Below, piece by piece: positions 25,861-35,830 of a DNA stretch of 64,000 nt (position 1 is the stretch's first letter; each line of letters begins with the position of its first letter). Below the pieces are notes generated by a model. The model worked only from the letters and a program-made list of their open reading frames with translations. It was not told the DNA's origin and ran no database searches. This DNA is from Mustelus asterias (lineage: Eukaryota). The stretch lies in the NCBI RefSeq assembly GCF_964213995.1, contig NC_135818.1:61628001-61692000 (forward strand), in the 5' to 3' direction. The translations under genes were made by a program, and so were the position numbers.

Positions 25861-26689
25861 TCATTCTAACCATTGTTCAACAAGTAACTAGACCACACAA
25901 ACACACTGAAATACAAAAACTATTCAAATTATCAGCTCAACTTCAGGTTTTCTCAAATCAATTTTTTGTATCTTGTCAATTAACTCACAATATTTCCCTA
26001 GTTTCTCTCTCTCTCAATTCTGTAACACAAACTGTATGCTATCTCCCAGAGTGAAAGCAAAGGGAGCTCCTTTTAGGTTTTTTGCAAGGTTAGTGAGGGT
26101 TTGAGCTCCTGCTCCTTACTACACATGGTCTGTTTTTAATCTGTCCCAGCCACTGGGTTTTTTGCTTGGCTTCAGGAGACTCCGAGTCATACCCTTTTCC
26201 TATCATTTTCTTTATCATTTTCTCTGCTTAGTTCCTATTGCTTGTAATACACTGCCTTCCAGTCCCCCACTTGAAGATTCATTTCCTCTGGACCAGCCGT
26301 CATCATTCGGTTGTACGGCTCTAGTCCCCTAATGCCCTCCCTGCTGCGCAGTGTATTTTTCACTCTGCTAGCTACTTGGGGTGATATTAAAAAATCCTTC
26401 TTTTGCTCCCCCTCTTATTCAGCGCAACTTTAGGCCCCTAACATCTGGTTCTTTCAGGTGGAATATTTTTCACTCTGCTAATCGGGTTGATACAAAAGGT
26501 CTGTCTTTTGTTCCCCAGCATTAAGCGCGATCTCAACAACACTGTGTCTACAGCTGCCTATTTTGTTCGAGTCACTCAGCCTATGGCTCCAGCAACCTGA
26601 CATGTGTTTCCTCTGACTACTGGGTGGTAAACAAAACTATACTCACCCACATAGGAAAACATATCCTGCTGCTGGAATTCCAGTGAATG

Positions 26690-26707
26690 ACCCTGCTCGC
26701 AGCGCCA
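26690..26707 (-). promoter_or_regulatory. Primer-binding site, tRNA-Ser-like
   Basis: Minus strand TGGCGCTGCGAGCAGGGT, 3 nt after ...ACA; complement accctgctcgcagcgCCA resembles vertebrate tRNA-Ser(UGA/CGA) 3' ends. Confidence 0.8.
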
Positions 26708-26710
26708 ATC

Positions 26711-26911
26711 TGTAGGAGCTTTTTTCAGAGGCTAAGTATTAAGCTGGCTATCACTTAGTTTACAGCTCAGCTGACATAAAGATTCACGGAGACGGTATCC
26801 TTTAAAGAAATGTCTTAACCAGAATACTGTCTCTGCGCGTCTTTGTGTTAGCTGAGCCATAAATTAAGTGAAAGCCAGCTTAATACTTAGCCTCTGAAAA
26901 AAGCTCCAACA
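26711..26911 (-). repeat. 201-bp LTR-like terminus forming a fold-back (88-bp arms)
   Basis: TGT...ACA; arms 26711-26798 and 26824-26911 with about 12 mismatches; abuts the PBS on one side and an HE1 3' fragment (26912-26990) on the other. Confidence 0.8.
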
Positions 26912-27289
26912 GGCCTGGGTAAGCTATTCTGTCGGAGAGTCGATGCAGACTTGATGGGATAAATTGTCTCCTTTTGCACTGTAGGGATTCTTTTTTACAT
27001 TAAACAAATCATTATGAGGGCTTGCTGTTAACACTTTGGATCTTTCGGACCGTGGCAGCAAGGCAAAAACAGCAAGGGCCTTGCACTGGGACAGTCCTAT
27101 CAAATCACATGATGAAAGAGGGCATCAACAATCAAAGCAGGAGAACATGCAAGAACAGGTCAGGGCACCTTAAATACATGTAACTGCACGCACCAACTTA
27201 TTAAAATAAAGTTAATTTACGTTTAGCGTACACCACCTTTGTCGTACGTCACAATTCCATTGTGAAAAAAAGAAAACATTCATTGTCTA

Positions 27290-27545
27290 AACAAAGAGCA
27301 AAGGACAGCTCAGCACAGGAACAAGCCCTTCGGCCCACCAAGCCTGCACCGATCATGTTGTCCTATCTAGACTAACTGCCTGTATCCCTCTATACCCTGC
27401 CTATTCACGTGTCTACTCAGATAAGTCTTAAGTGTCGCTAACGTGTCTGCCCTAACCAATGTTCAGTAGAGATGTGCGGGGAAGTCTTTTATACAGAGGG
27501 TGGTGGGGGCCTGGAATGCACTGCCAAGTGAGGTGGTTGAGGCAA
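27290..27545. mobile_element. CR1 3' fragments (minus, then plus)
   Basis: CR1 tail acaggaacaagcccttcggccc and tttatacagagggtggtgggggcctggaat. Confidence 0.7.
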
Positions 27546-28109
27546 TAGAAGTGGAATTGTAGATCATTGCTGCAAAGTATACTTTCCAGAAGTTCCTACA
27601 TGCCCTTGAATATCAGCCTGCCACATGACGTATTTACAAATTCCATAAGATGCTTCACAACAGCAGAAATAGAGAGTGTCTCATGGCAAACATCAAATGT
27701 AACAACATTGCATCTAAGTCTGTGGTCTGAGACCTGGGAAAGAGTGGCTCATTCAATGTCCCATGGAAAAGGTTTCCAACCAGTCCCTCAGCTGCCTAGT
27801 TCCAACTTTTGTCTCCATTCTTCCTCTGGCTGTCATCTGTCACTGATTCCCCTGAGCATCCACCGTCTCTCCATGGTGCCATCCGCTCATTTCACCAGCA
27901 TCCTGCTGAGGGGTTGAATGAACAGGAAATTAGCAATTGTTTATTAACTTGCCTTGAGACAGAAACTTGCCGTTCGTCCATTGTTATAGAGATTTAAACC
28001 GTACTGGTACAACCAAGGGCACTGCAGATTTTTCTGACTGTCCGGGATCAGCATCCATTTCCTGCTCCAACTGTTCCCTTGCTGGGATACCCATCAGCCC
28101 AAGACAGGA

Positions 28110-28430
28110 TGCGGCACGGTGGCACAATGGTTAGCACTGCTGCCTCACAGCGCCTGGGACCCGGGTTCGATTCTCGGCTTGGGTCACTGCCTGTGTGGCG
28201 TTTGCACCTTTTCCCCGTGTCTGCGTGGGCTCCCTTTGGGTGCTCCGGTTTCCTCCCACAGTCCAAAGATGTGCGGGTTAGGTTGATTGGCCATGCTAAA
28301 TTGCCCTTTAGTGTAAAGGGGACTAGCTTGGGTAAATGCATGGGATTGTGGGGATAGGGTCTGGGTGGGATTGTGGTCGGTGCAGACTCGATGGGCCGAT
28401 TGGCCTCCTTCTGTACTGTCGGACTCTAGG
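28110..28430 (+). mobile_element. HE1-type V-SINE
   Basis: Head gcacggtggcacaatggttagcactgc, V-domain, tail. Confidence 0.9.
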
Positions 28431-28880
28431 ATGGCACTCCATCCTCCCGGTCTGACATCTCACTATCTGAAGTCACATCCCCATTTTCCTTTGCCAGGCG
28501 ACCCAATGATTCAGGAAAGGATGGCACTCCATCCTCTAAGTCCAACATCTCACTGTTCAGGGCTTCATTTCACTGATCCTACCCTGCGAAACCCAATTCC
28601 CCAGCAGGGGGTGCTGCTGAGCCTCCATCTGGCCGCTCTGGTGAGCCATGGTTTGGAACTTCCTCGTGCTGCTGACCATAGTTTTCAGTTGCTTCAGGTG
28701 GAAGCTGTGCTACAGCATGTCGCTGCCCATGGCCATCGTGGAGCTTCGCACGTGCCTGCAATTCTGCTGAATTGGCTGCATTCCGCCTGCGGAGAGTGGT
28801 TCATGGAACTGAATGGTCCAACCCAGGTTTGAGATGGAGCCTGTGCCTGTCCCTTGCACACAGTCCTTTTCAATGCTGGC

Positions 28881-29480
28881 TTTGATTTGATTTGATTTAT
28901 TATTGTCACATATATTAACAGACAGTGAAAAGTATTGTTCCTTGCGCGTTATACAGACAAAGCATACCGTTCATAGAGTACATAAGGGAGAAGGAAAGGA
29001 CAGAATGCAGAATGTAGTGTTACAGTCATAGCTGGAGTGTGGAGAAAGATCAACGAGGTAGGTCCATTCAAAGTCTAATAGCAGCAGGCAAGAAGCTATC
29101 CTTGAGTCGGTTGGTACATGATCTCAGACTTTTCTATCTTTATCATGACGGAAGAAGGTGGAAGAGAGTACGTCCGGGGGTCCTTGATTATGCTGGCTGC
29201 TTTTCCGAGGCTGTGGAAAGTGTAGACGGAGTCAATGGGTGGGAGGCTGGTTTGCGTGATGGACTGGGCTTCGTTCACGACCCTTTGTAGTTTCTTGCGA
29301 TCTTGGTCAGAGCAGGAGCCATACCAAGCTGTGATACATCCGGAAAGGATGCTTTCTATGGTGCATTGGTAAAAATTGGTGCGAGTCGTAGTGGACATGC
29401 CGAATTTCCTTAGTCTTCTGAGAGAGTAGAGGTGTTGGGCTTTCTTATTTATAGTGTCGGGGTGGAGGGGGCAGGACAGG
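28881..29480 (-). mobile_element. Rex1/Babar-like LINE 3' fragment
   Basis: ORF 29096-29494 (LRRLRKFGMSTTT...CTIESILSGCITAWYG); (TTTGA)n tail. Confidence 0.9.
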
Positions 29481-30199
29481 TCATGGGATGACATGTTTCA
29501 TTCACTTGCCTGAATCAATTTTATGATTCCTCATATTAATAGTGTAATTTATTTGCATTGGTTTGTGAATACAGAAACAAAAATTAAATGACTCCTCTGC
29601 CTCAATGTGTTTAAGTCACTGCCCTCAGCACCTGCACTCTCATATAAGCACTGAGACTGGGCTATCCATTCCAGATAACCATCACCATATATGCTCAGTA
29701 TTAAAATCTAGCTGAACATAAATAATCTGAAACACATAATCAGCCATAAATAAAGAAGACATAAATATTCTAACACAAAATAAATAAAAATACATTTATG
29801 AGAGGTACAAGCAGCCACCATTTGATGACATGCAGAGAAAATTTGGGAAAATAACCAATTCTTATCTGATTGGAACTGGCAGTGGATCCGCCTACTATGT
29901 CAGATGTATTGGTGCAAGGGACAGCAATACTGGCTCCACACCCACTTACTTCTGCCAATCTTACTGGGCTGATACCATGCAATGCCAGTTTTATAGGCTT
30001 CAGAGCTCTGGTATCAATTGGGAACTGGTGGTCAAATCCCATGGAAGACTGGTATAAACTGATACCAGATTTACTGGTCTGTCCCTTTGCGTAGATAGAA
30101 TCCTAGCTTAGCACTTTCTATAGCACTATTAACCTTACAGTGAGGAGCATGGGAGGCTTTAGGGTTTTATGGTTGGGGACGATGTGGGAGAACAAAGCT

Positions 30200-30545
30200 G
30201 TAGAATCCATAGAATCCCTACAGTGCAGAAGGAAGCCATTCGGCCCATGGATTCTGTACCGACCACAATCCCACCCTGGCTCTATCCCCGTAACCCCACA
30301 TATTTACCCTGCTACTCCCTCTAACTTAAGCACCCCAGGATACTAAGAGGAAATTTAGCATGGCCAATCAACCTAACTGACACATCTTTGGACTGTGGGA
30401 GGAAACCGGAGCACCCGGAGGAAACCCCCGCAGACATGGGGAGAATGTGCAAACTCCACACAGACGGTGACCCGAGCCGGGAATCGAACCCAGGTCCTTG
30501 GAGCTGTGAGGCAGCAGCGCTAACCATTGTGCCACCACGCCGCCC
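30200..30545 (-). mobile_element. HE1-type V-SINE
   Basis: Similar to other copies. Confidence 0.9.
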
Positions 30546-31106
30546 TGTAATGTCGGGGAGCCAGCCCAGAATATTCTAATCAAAATGTCAGCCTAGTGTA
30601 TTGTGTCAGGGTTGCATGTAAAACGACCTGTGTTTTATTTGTATATGATTCAGAGACTAGAGTGTAGTGGGAGGATAAGCCCCCAAACATTTCGAATATT
30701 GGTTTTGTCATTTCTTATTTTACAGGAGCGCTCATCTGTTTGGCGTAGTGTGTTAATGTGTCAGTGAAGTGTCATGAGAGCTTTATTTTACCTGTTATCA
30801 CTCAGCACATTTCCTCTACTCTTCAGTGGCAGCTTCACCTCATAACCTGAGTGGGACAATTGCAATTTGATTTTGATGAGCATAAGTTCCTCAACATGCT
30901 GCTGCTGCTGTGCACAAAATCTTTACAGTTCAATGACACAATATTAAATGTATACCACAAAGGAGTATGAATATAAGGCACACAAGGTACGCGACAGGCA
31001 TCAGAGTGACTATTTACATTGTAAATAGCTGACTTGCAATGTGGAGGTGTCAGGTGTTGGGGCGGTTTGTTCAATACTTTTGGGTAACTGATGAGTATGT
31101 TCCCAA

Positions 31107-31440
31107 GGGCGGTACAGTGGCACAGTGGTTAGCACTGCTGCCTCACAGCGCCAAGGACCTGGGTTTGATTCCCGGCTTGGGTGACTGTCTGTGTGGAGTT
31201 TGCACATTCTCCTTGTGTCTGCGTGGGTTTCCTCCGGGTGCTCCAGTTTCCTTCCACAGTCCATAGATGTGCGGGTTAGGTTGATTGGCCATGCTAAATT
31301 GTCCCAAAGTGTCAGGGGGATTAGCAGGGTAAATGCATGGGCTTGTGGGGATAAGGCCTGGGTGAGAATGCGGTCGTTGCACACTCAATTGGCCGAATGG
31401 CCTCCTTCTGCACTGTAGGATTCAATGATTCCATGATTCT
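31107..31440 (+). mobile_element. HE1-type V-SINE
   Basis: Similar to other copies. Confidence 0.9.
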
Positions 31441-31596
31441 AACGAGGTGTTTCTCATTACAACTGGAGATTGAACTTAAATGTGGAGCATTAACCGCATT
31501 GCCGACATTGTCATCTGATACTTCCGTAACAAACTGTCCAAATAATGACCTTGAAGCATTGGAAAGCTCAGGAAGCAATCCACCCACATTGGAGTC

Positions 31597-31941
31597 GTAG
31601 AATCCCGACAGTGCAGAAGGAGGCCATTCGGCCCATCGAATCTGTACCAACTCAACATCTTACCCAGGCCCGCATGCCCTTCCGCCTGCCTGATCCCTAT
31701 AACCCCCTAATCCCCCTAAAATCTACACATTTTGGGACACTAAGGGGCAATCTCGCATGGCCAATCCACCTAACCCACACATCTTTGGACAGTGGGAGGA
31801 AATCGGAGCACCCGGAGGAAATGCACGCAGACACGGGGAGAACATGCATACTCTACAAAGACAGTCACCCAAGGCTAGAATTGAACCCGGATCTCTGGCG
31901 CTGTGAGGCAGCAGTGCTAACCACTGTGCCCCCATGCTGCC
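31597..31941 (-). mobile_element. HE1-type V-SINE
   Basis: Similar to other copies. Confidence 0.88.
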
Positions 31942-32148
31942 CTCCAGAACCTGTTGATGAACCATACCTCTTGCACCAGATCATTCTTAAAAGCTATCAT
32001 TGATGTCTTTGAAGGATAAAAAGGTTAAACATGGAAACTGGCTCTGCAGCTTAATAATGTTCTGACAAAAAACAATCCTCCAGATGATGTTTTGACTTTA
32101 CAAGCAGTCTACAGAGGAATATATTTGTCTTGCAGATGAATTGATTTG

Positions 32149-33456
32149 GCAGTGAGAGATTGCACTGACACTTAATTTGCCAGCGATTGGTTCAACAGAT
32201 TACAATATGCTGCCAGTGTCTATTTATCAACACTGGCCACTTTTTGGTGAAAATCGAATTTAGCTGCACTCTCCACTTCGATGTGGAAGTAATGGTTCCA
32301 TGAGAGCAACATAGTAAATATAACACCCTGTTAATTTTCACTACGGGAAATGTTTTTTTGTTTTGACAAGTTGGGCAAAAGGAGGAAGATACAAGTCAAT
32401 GTGTTGAGGTGAAGATGTGCAAATTGTAAAGCCCAGAGGTTGGATATTTACAGAGCCACTTAAAATGTGTTCCGAGGCTGCGAAGGAGGTTGTGGGGGAC
32501 GGAAGGAGTGAACAGAACATGTTTGACTGGAAGTCCAGGGGGGGTGATTCTTCCAATAGTGCTGAATTGGTGGGAAAACTGTTCTGGATCACGACTGTTT
32601 TCTCAGTGCAACTTCAGACCTGAATCTCTGCACTCTGTGGTCCCATTCGTGAATATCATTAAAAACCCGCCTATTTGCGCTGGAGTCTGACAGATCCGGA
32701 GCTCTGTGCATGCGCAGTGGTCCCGATTGTTAGACTCCCTGTTTGCTGGCCAGCTCAATCGCTGGCCAGCCTGGGACCCCCTCAGTGCTGCCCCTCCAGC
32801 ACCCCCCCATGGCCTAATCACGGCTCCCACAACAATTCCCGGGCCAGCCCTGATGCCCCCCCCCCCCCCCCCCGGAGTGCCCTGTTGCTCAGCCCACCCC
32901 CCCCCAGCAGTGGCAATCCCCCCAACCCCCTCACCCCAGCAGACCCCCCACCACCCCCGTTGACTCCCCTGGGGTCAGACCACCACCTCCCCCAGAGCCA
33001 GGCCCCCCTGGCAGACCACCCCCCACCCCCCCAGCCTACCCCAAATGCTGGCCTCCCTCCAGCCCCCTGGACTCCCAGCCAAACATGTTCTGTTCACTCC
33101 TTCCGTCCCCCACAACCTCCTTCGCAGCCTCGGAACACATTGTAAGTGGCTCTGTAAATATCCAACCTCTGGGCTTTACAATTTGCACATCTTCACCTCA
33201 ACACTTTGACTTGTATCTTCCTCCTTTTGCCCAGCTTGTCAAAACAAAAAAACATTTCCTGTAGCGAAAATTAACAGGGTGTTGTATTTACTATGTTGCT
33301 CTCATGTAACCATTACTTCCACATCGAAGTGGAGAGTGCAGCTAAATCTGATTTTCACCAAAAAGTGGCCATTGTTGATAAATAGACACCGGCAGCATAT
33401 TGTAATCTGTTGAACCAATCGCTGGCAAATTAAATATCAGTGCAATCTATCACTGC
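32149..33456. repeat. About 394-bp inverted duplication (32149-32542 / 33063-33456)
   Basis: Colinear reverse-complement match with scattered substitutions. Confidence 0.95.
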
Positions 33457-34035
33457 AGAGTGGCAGCGGGACCCCCAACCCCACCAATCGCCCCAAACCC
33501 CGCCCACAATAGACTCTGCCCCCCTTGGCACTGCCCCGATGCCTGTTGGGCAGTGCCAAGGTGCCCCCTGGGCTTGGGCACTTTGCCCCTTGGGCACAGG
33601 CTGGCACTGTCAGGGTGCCCATGCCCAGGGGGCACCAGCCCCCCACCACTCGACCCCCTGGGGGGCCCTGATTGCCCCCTCCCCCATCATTCCAGCAGTG
33701 TCTTCTGCTAGTTCCCCGAATGTAGGGAGCTACTCTAAACCCCGCTGGAATAAAGCACTCCTGGCAGGGTGGGAGATGCTGTCGGGCCCAAAAATTCCAT
33801 GCCGGGCCCGATAATTGCATTTAAAATACATTTTAAAAATATGTAAAACATATTCAAATGACTTACCTCAATTCCCGCCGGACTTCTGTGTGTTCCCGGC
33901 GGCACCATTTTCTTCCGGTTGGGAGATGCGAGTGTCGGCCATATCGCGGGTTCCACGCGAGCTTTTATGACCGCGCGCATCTCCCGACCCGACCCGCCAG
34001 AAAAGTTGTGGGTCGCAATGGGAGAATCGGGCCCC
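32539..34035. mobile_element. GC-rich non-autonomous TIR element (possibly Harbinger-like)
   Basis: Left ggggtgattcttcca and right tgggagaatcgggccc are imperfect TIRs; C-rich interior; no transposase. Confidence 0.6.
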
Positions 34036-34499
34036 CAATTCTATTACTTTGCTTCCAAATTTTACTAACGACAACAATTAAGGAGTGTGAACTTTGCCCA
34101 TTGATGCAGTGAGATGGTAATTAAGATCTTTAAAAGGCCAATTAACTGGAATTTGCAGCACATTGCTGATGGTGTGTCGAAACTGTGGAGTTTCAGAGTC
34201 TTGCCTTATCACATTAGGGAAGATATTCATCAGTTACTCCAAAACACTGAATCAAAAGCACTAATGCCTGACAACTTGCCAGCACCTGCTGTGCTCCAAC
34301 ATCTCCCTTGAGTTAACTGGCCATCTTCATTGAGATTGATCTGAGGCTGGCTGCAGAATGCTCGAGTGGGTACAATACCCACTAACAGTACCATTGCGGG
34401 GACCTGCGGCCTAGCTGAAAATTCCAGCCCAGGTTCAGGGACTGCCCTGGAAAAGTATATTTTCAAGATAGTATGTTTACTCTTAACCTTAATGCGTTT

Positions 34500-35130
34500 A
34501 TTTGATTGGCACCCCATCCATCCCCTTAATCATTCACTTCCATTGATGCAGTGATAGCAGTGTGTGCCATCTACAAGGTGCACTGCAACAACTCCTTCAA
34601 CAGCACCCAGAAGGACAAGGGCAGCAGATGCATGGGAACGCCATCACCTGCAAGTTTCCCTCCACTGCCACTGGGTCAAAATCTGGAACATCCTAACCTC
34701 GCTGTGGGTGGACCTACACTACATGGACTGCAGCGGTTCAAGAAAGTTTATTTATTAATGTCACAAGTAGGCTTACATTAACACTGCAATGAAGTTACTG
34801 TGAAAATCCCCTAGTCGCCACACTCCGGCACCGGTTCGGGTGCATTGAGGGAGAATTTAGCATGGCCAATGCACCTAACCAGCATGTCTTTTGGACTGTG
34901 GGAGGAAATTGGAGCACACAGAGGAAACCCATACAGACACGGGGAGAACGTGCAGACTCCGCACAGACAATGACCAAAGCCAGGAATCGAACCCGGGTCC
35001 TTGGCGCTGTGAGGCAGCAGCGCTAACCACTACGCCACTGTGCCGCCCTCACCACCACCTTCTCGGGGGCAATTAGGGATGGGCAATAAATGCTGGCATA
35101 ACCAATGAATCCCACATCCTGTGAAAGAAT
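34500..35130 (+). mobile_element. Old CR1/L2-type LINE 3' end, interrupted by a SINE
   Basis: Reverse complement of 9650-9950; ends gggcaattagggatgggcaataaatgctgg. Confidence 0.7.
34745..35047 (-). mobile_element. HE1-head SINE with alternative tail
   Basis: Tail gtgtggcgactaggggattttcacagtaacttcattgcagtgttaatgtaagcctacttgtgac. Confidence 0.88.
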
Positions 35131-35671
35131 TTTCAAAAATCCCTCCAGCAATCATCTTAACTACTATGACCAAATTGTCATTGATCATCATAGTGCGGTT
35201 CATAATTGTCGTACCATGCAGATTATTCCAGCTTTCCTTGTTAATAACAAAAGTAATATTGGAACAGCATAATGTCTATTCAGCCCATGAACTGATTAGT
35301 ATATTCTGGAAAATGACATGACAATGGGTGGATATTGACAATATTGTGTGACGGACGTGCAGAATCTGTACATGTTCTGAAGCCTTGAATTTATATAAAA
35401 CATAACCGGTTAGATGAATTTGCAAAAAATAATTAATTTGAAAGTCAGAGCAAGTGTTAAGTGAAAAGCCTGGTCAGTGGTCAGAGCAGATATGTACAGA
35501 GTTAGAAATGCCTCTGCGCTATCCTTCAGCATTAGATTTTGTTGAGGAAATGTCACAAATATATTTACTAGTATATTATGTATCATAAGTTTTTAAAGAT
35601 ATTTTATGGCAATCAATGCATTCATTGTACAATGTACTTTGAACTAGCTAATGTAATGCATTTTCATTCTA

Positions 35672-35830
35672 TGATTTGATTTGATTTATTATTGTCGGAT
35701 ATATTAGTAAACAGTGAAAAGTATTGTTTCTTGCATGCTATGCAGACAAAGCATATCGTTCATAGGAAAGAAAGGAGAGGGTGCAGAATGTAGTGTTACA
35801 GTCATAGCTAGGGTGTAGAGAAAGATCAGC
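35672..35830 (-). mobile_element. Rex1/Babar-like 3' UTR fragment
   Basis: Matches 28881-29050. Confidence 0.8.

Larger units (their letters stand above)
17700..26911 (-). mobile_element. Decayed endogenous retrovirus (LTR-PBS-leader-pol remnants-env), split by Rex1, CR1 and HE1 insertions
   Basis: Colinear minus-strand LTR end, PBS, splice donor, RT connection/tether, integrase start and env with furin site plus fusion peptide; 3' LTR not found. Confidence 0.8.

Noticed and set aside
28428-28560. aggatggcactccatcct repeated at 90-bp spacing
   Set aside because: Two diverged copies only; ordinary tandem duplication, not a CRISPR-like array
29770-30094. Three overlapping ORFs in apparently unique sequence
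   Set aside because: No recognisable domain or convincing splice sites
32675-33820. Proline-rich ORFs
   Set aside because: Products of C-runs inside a TIR element
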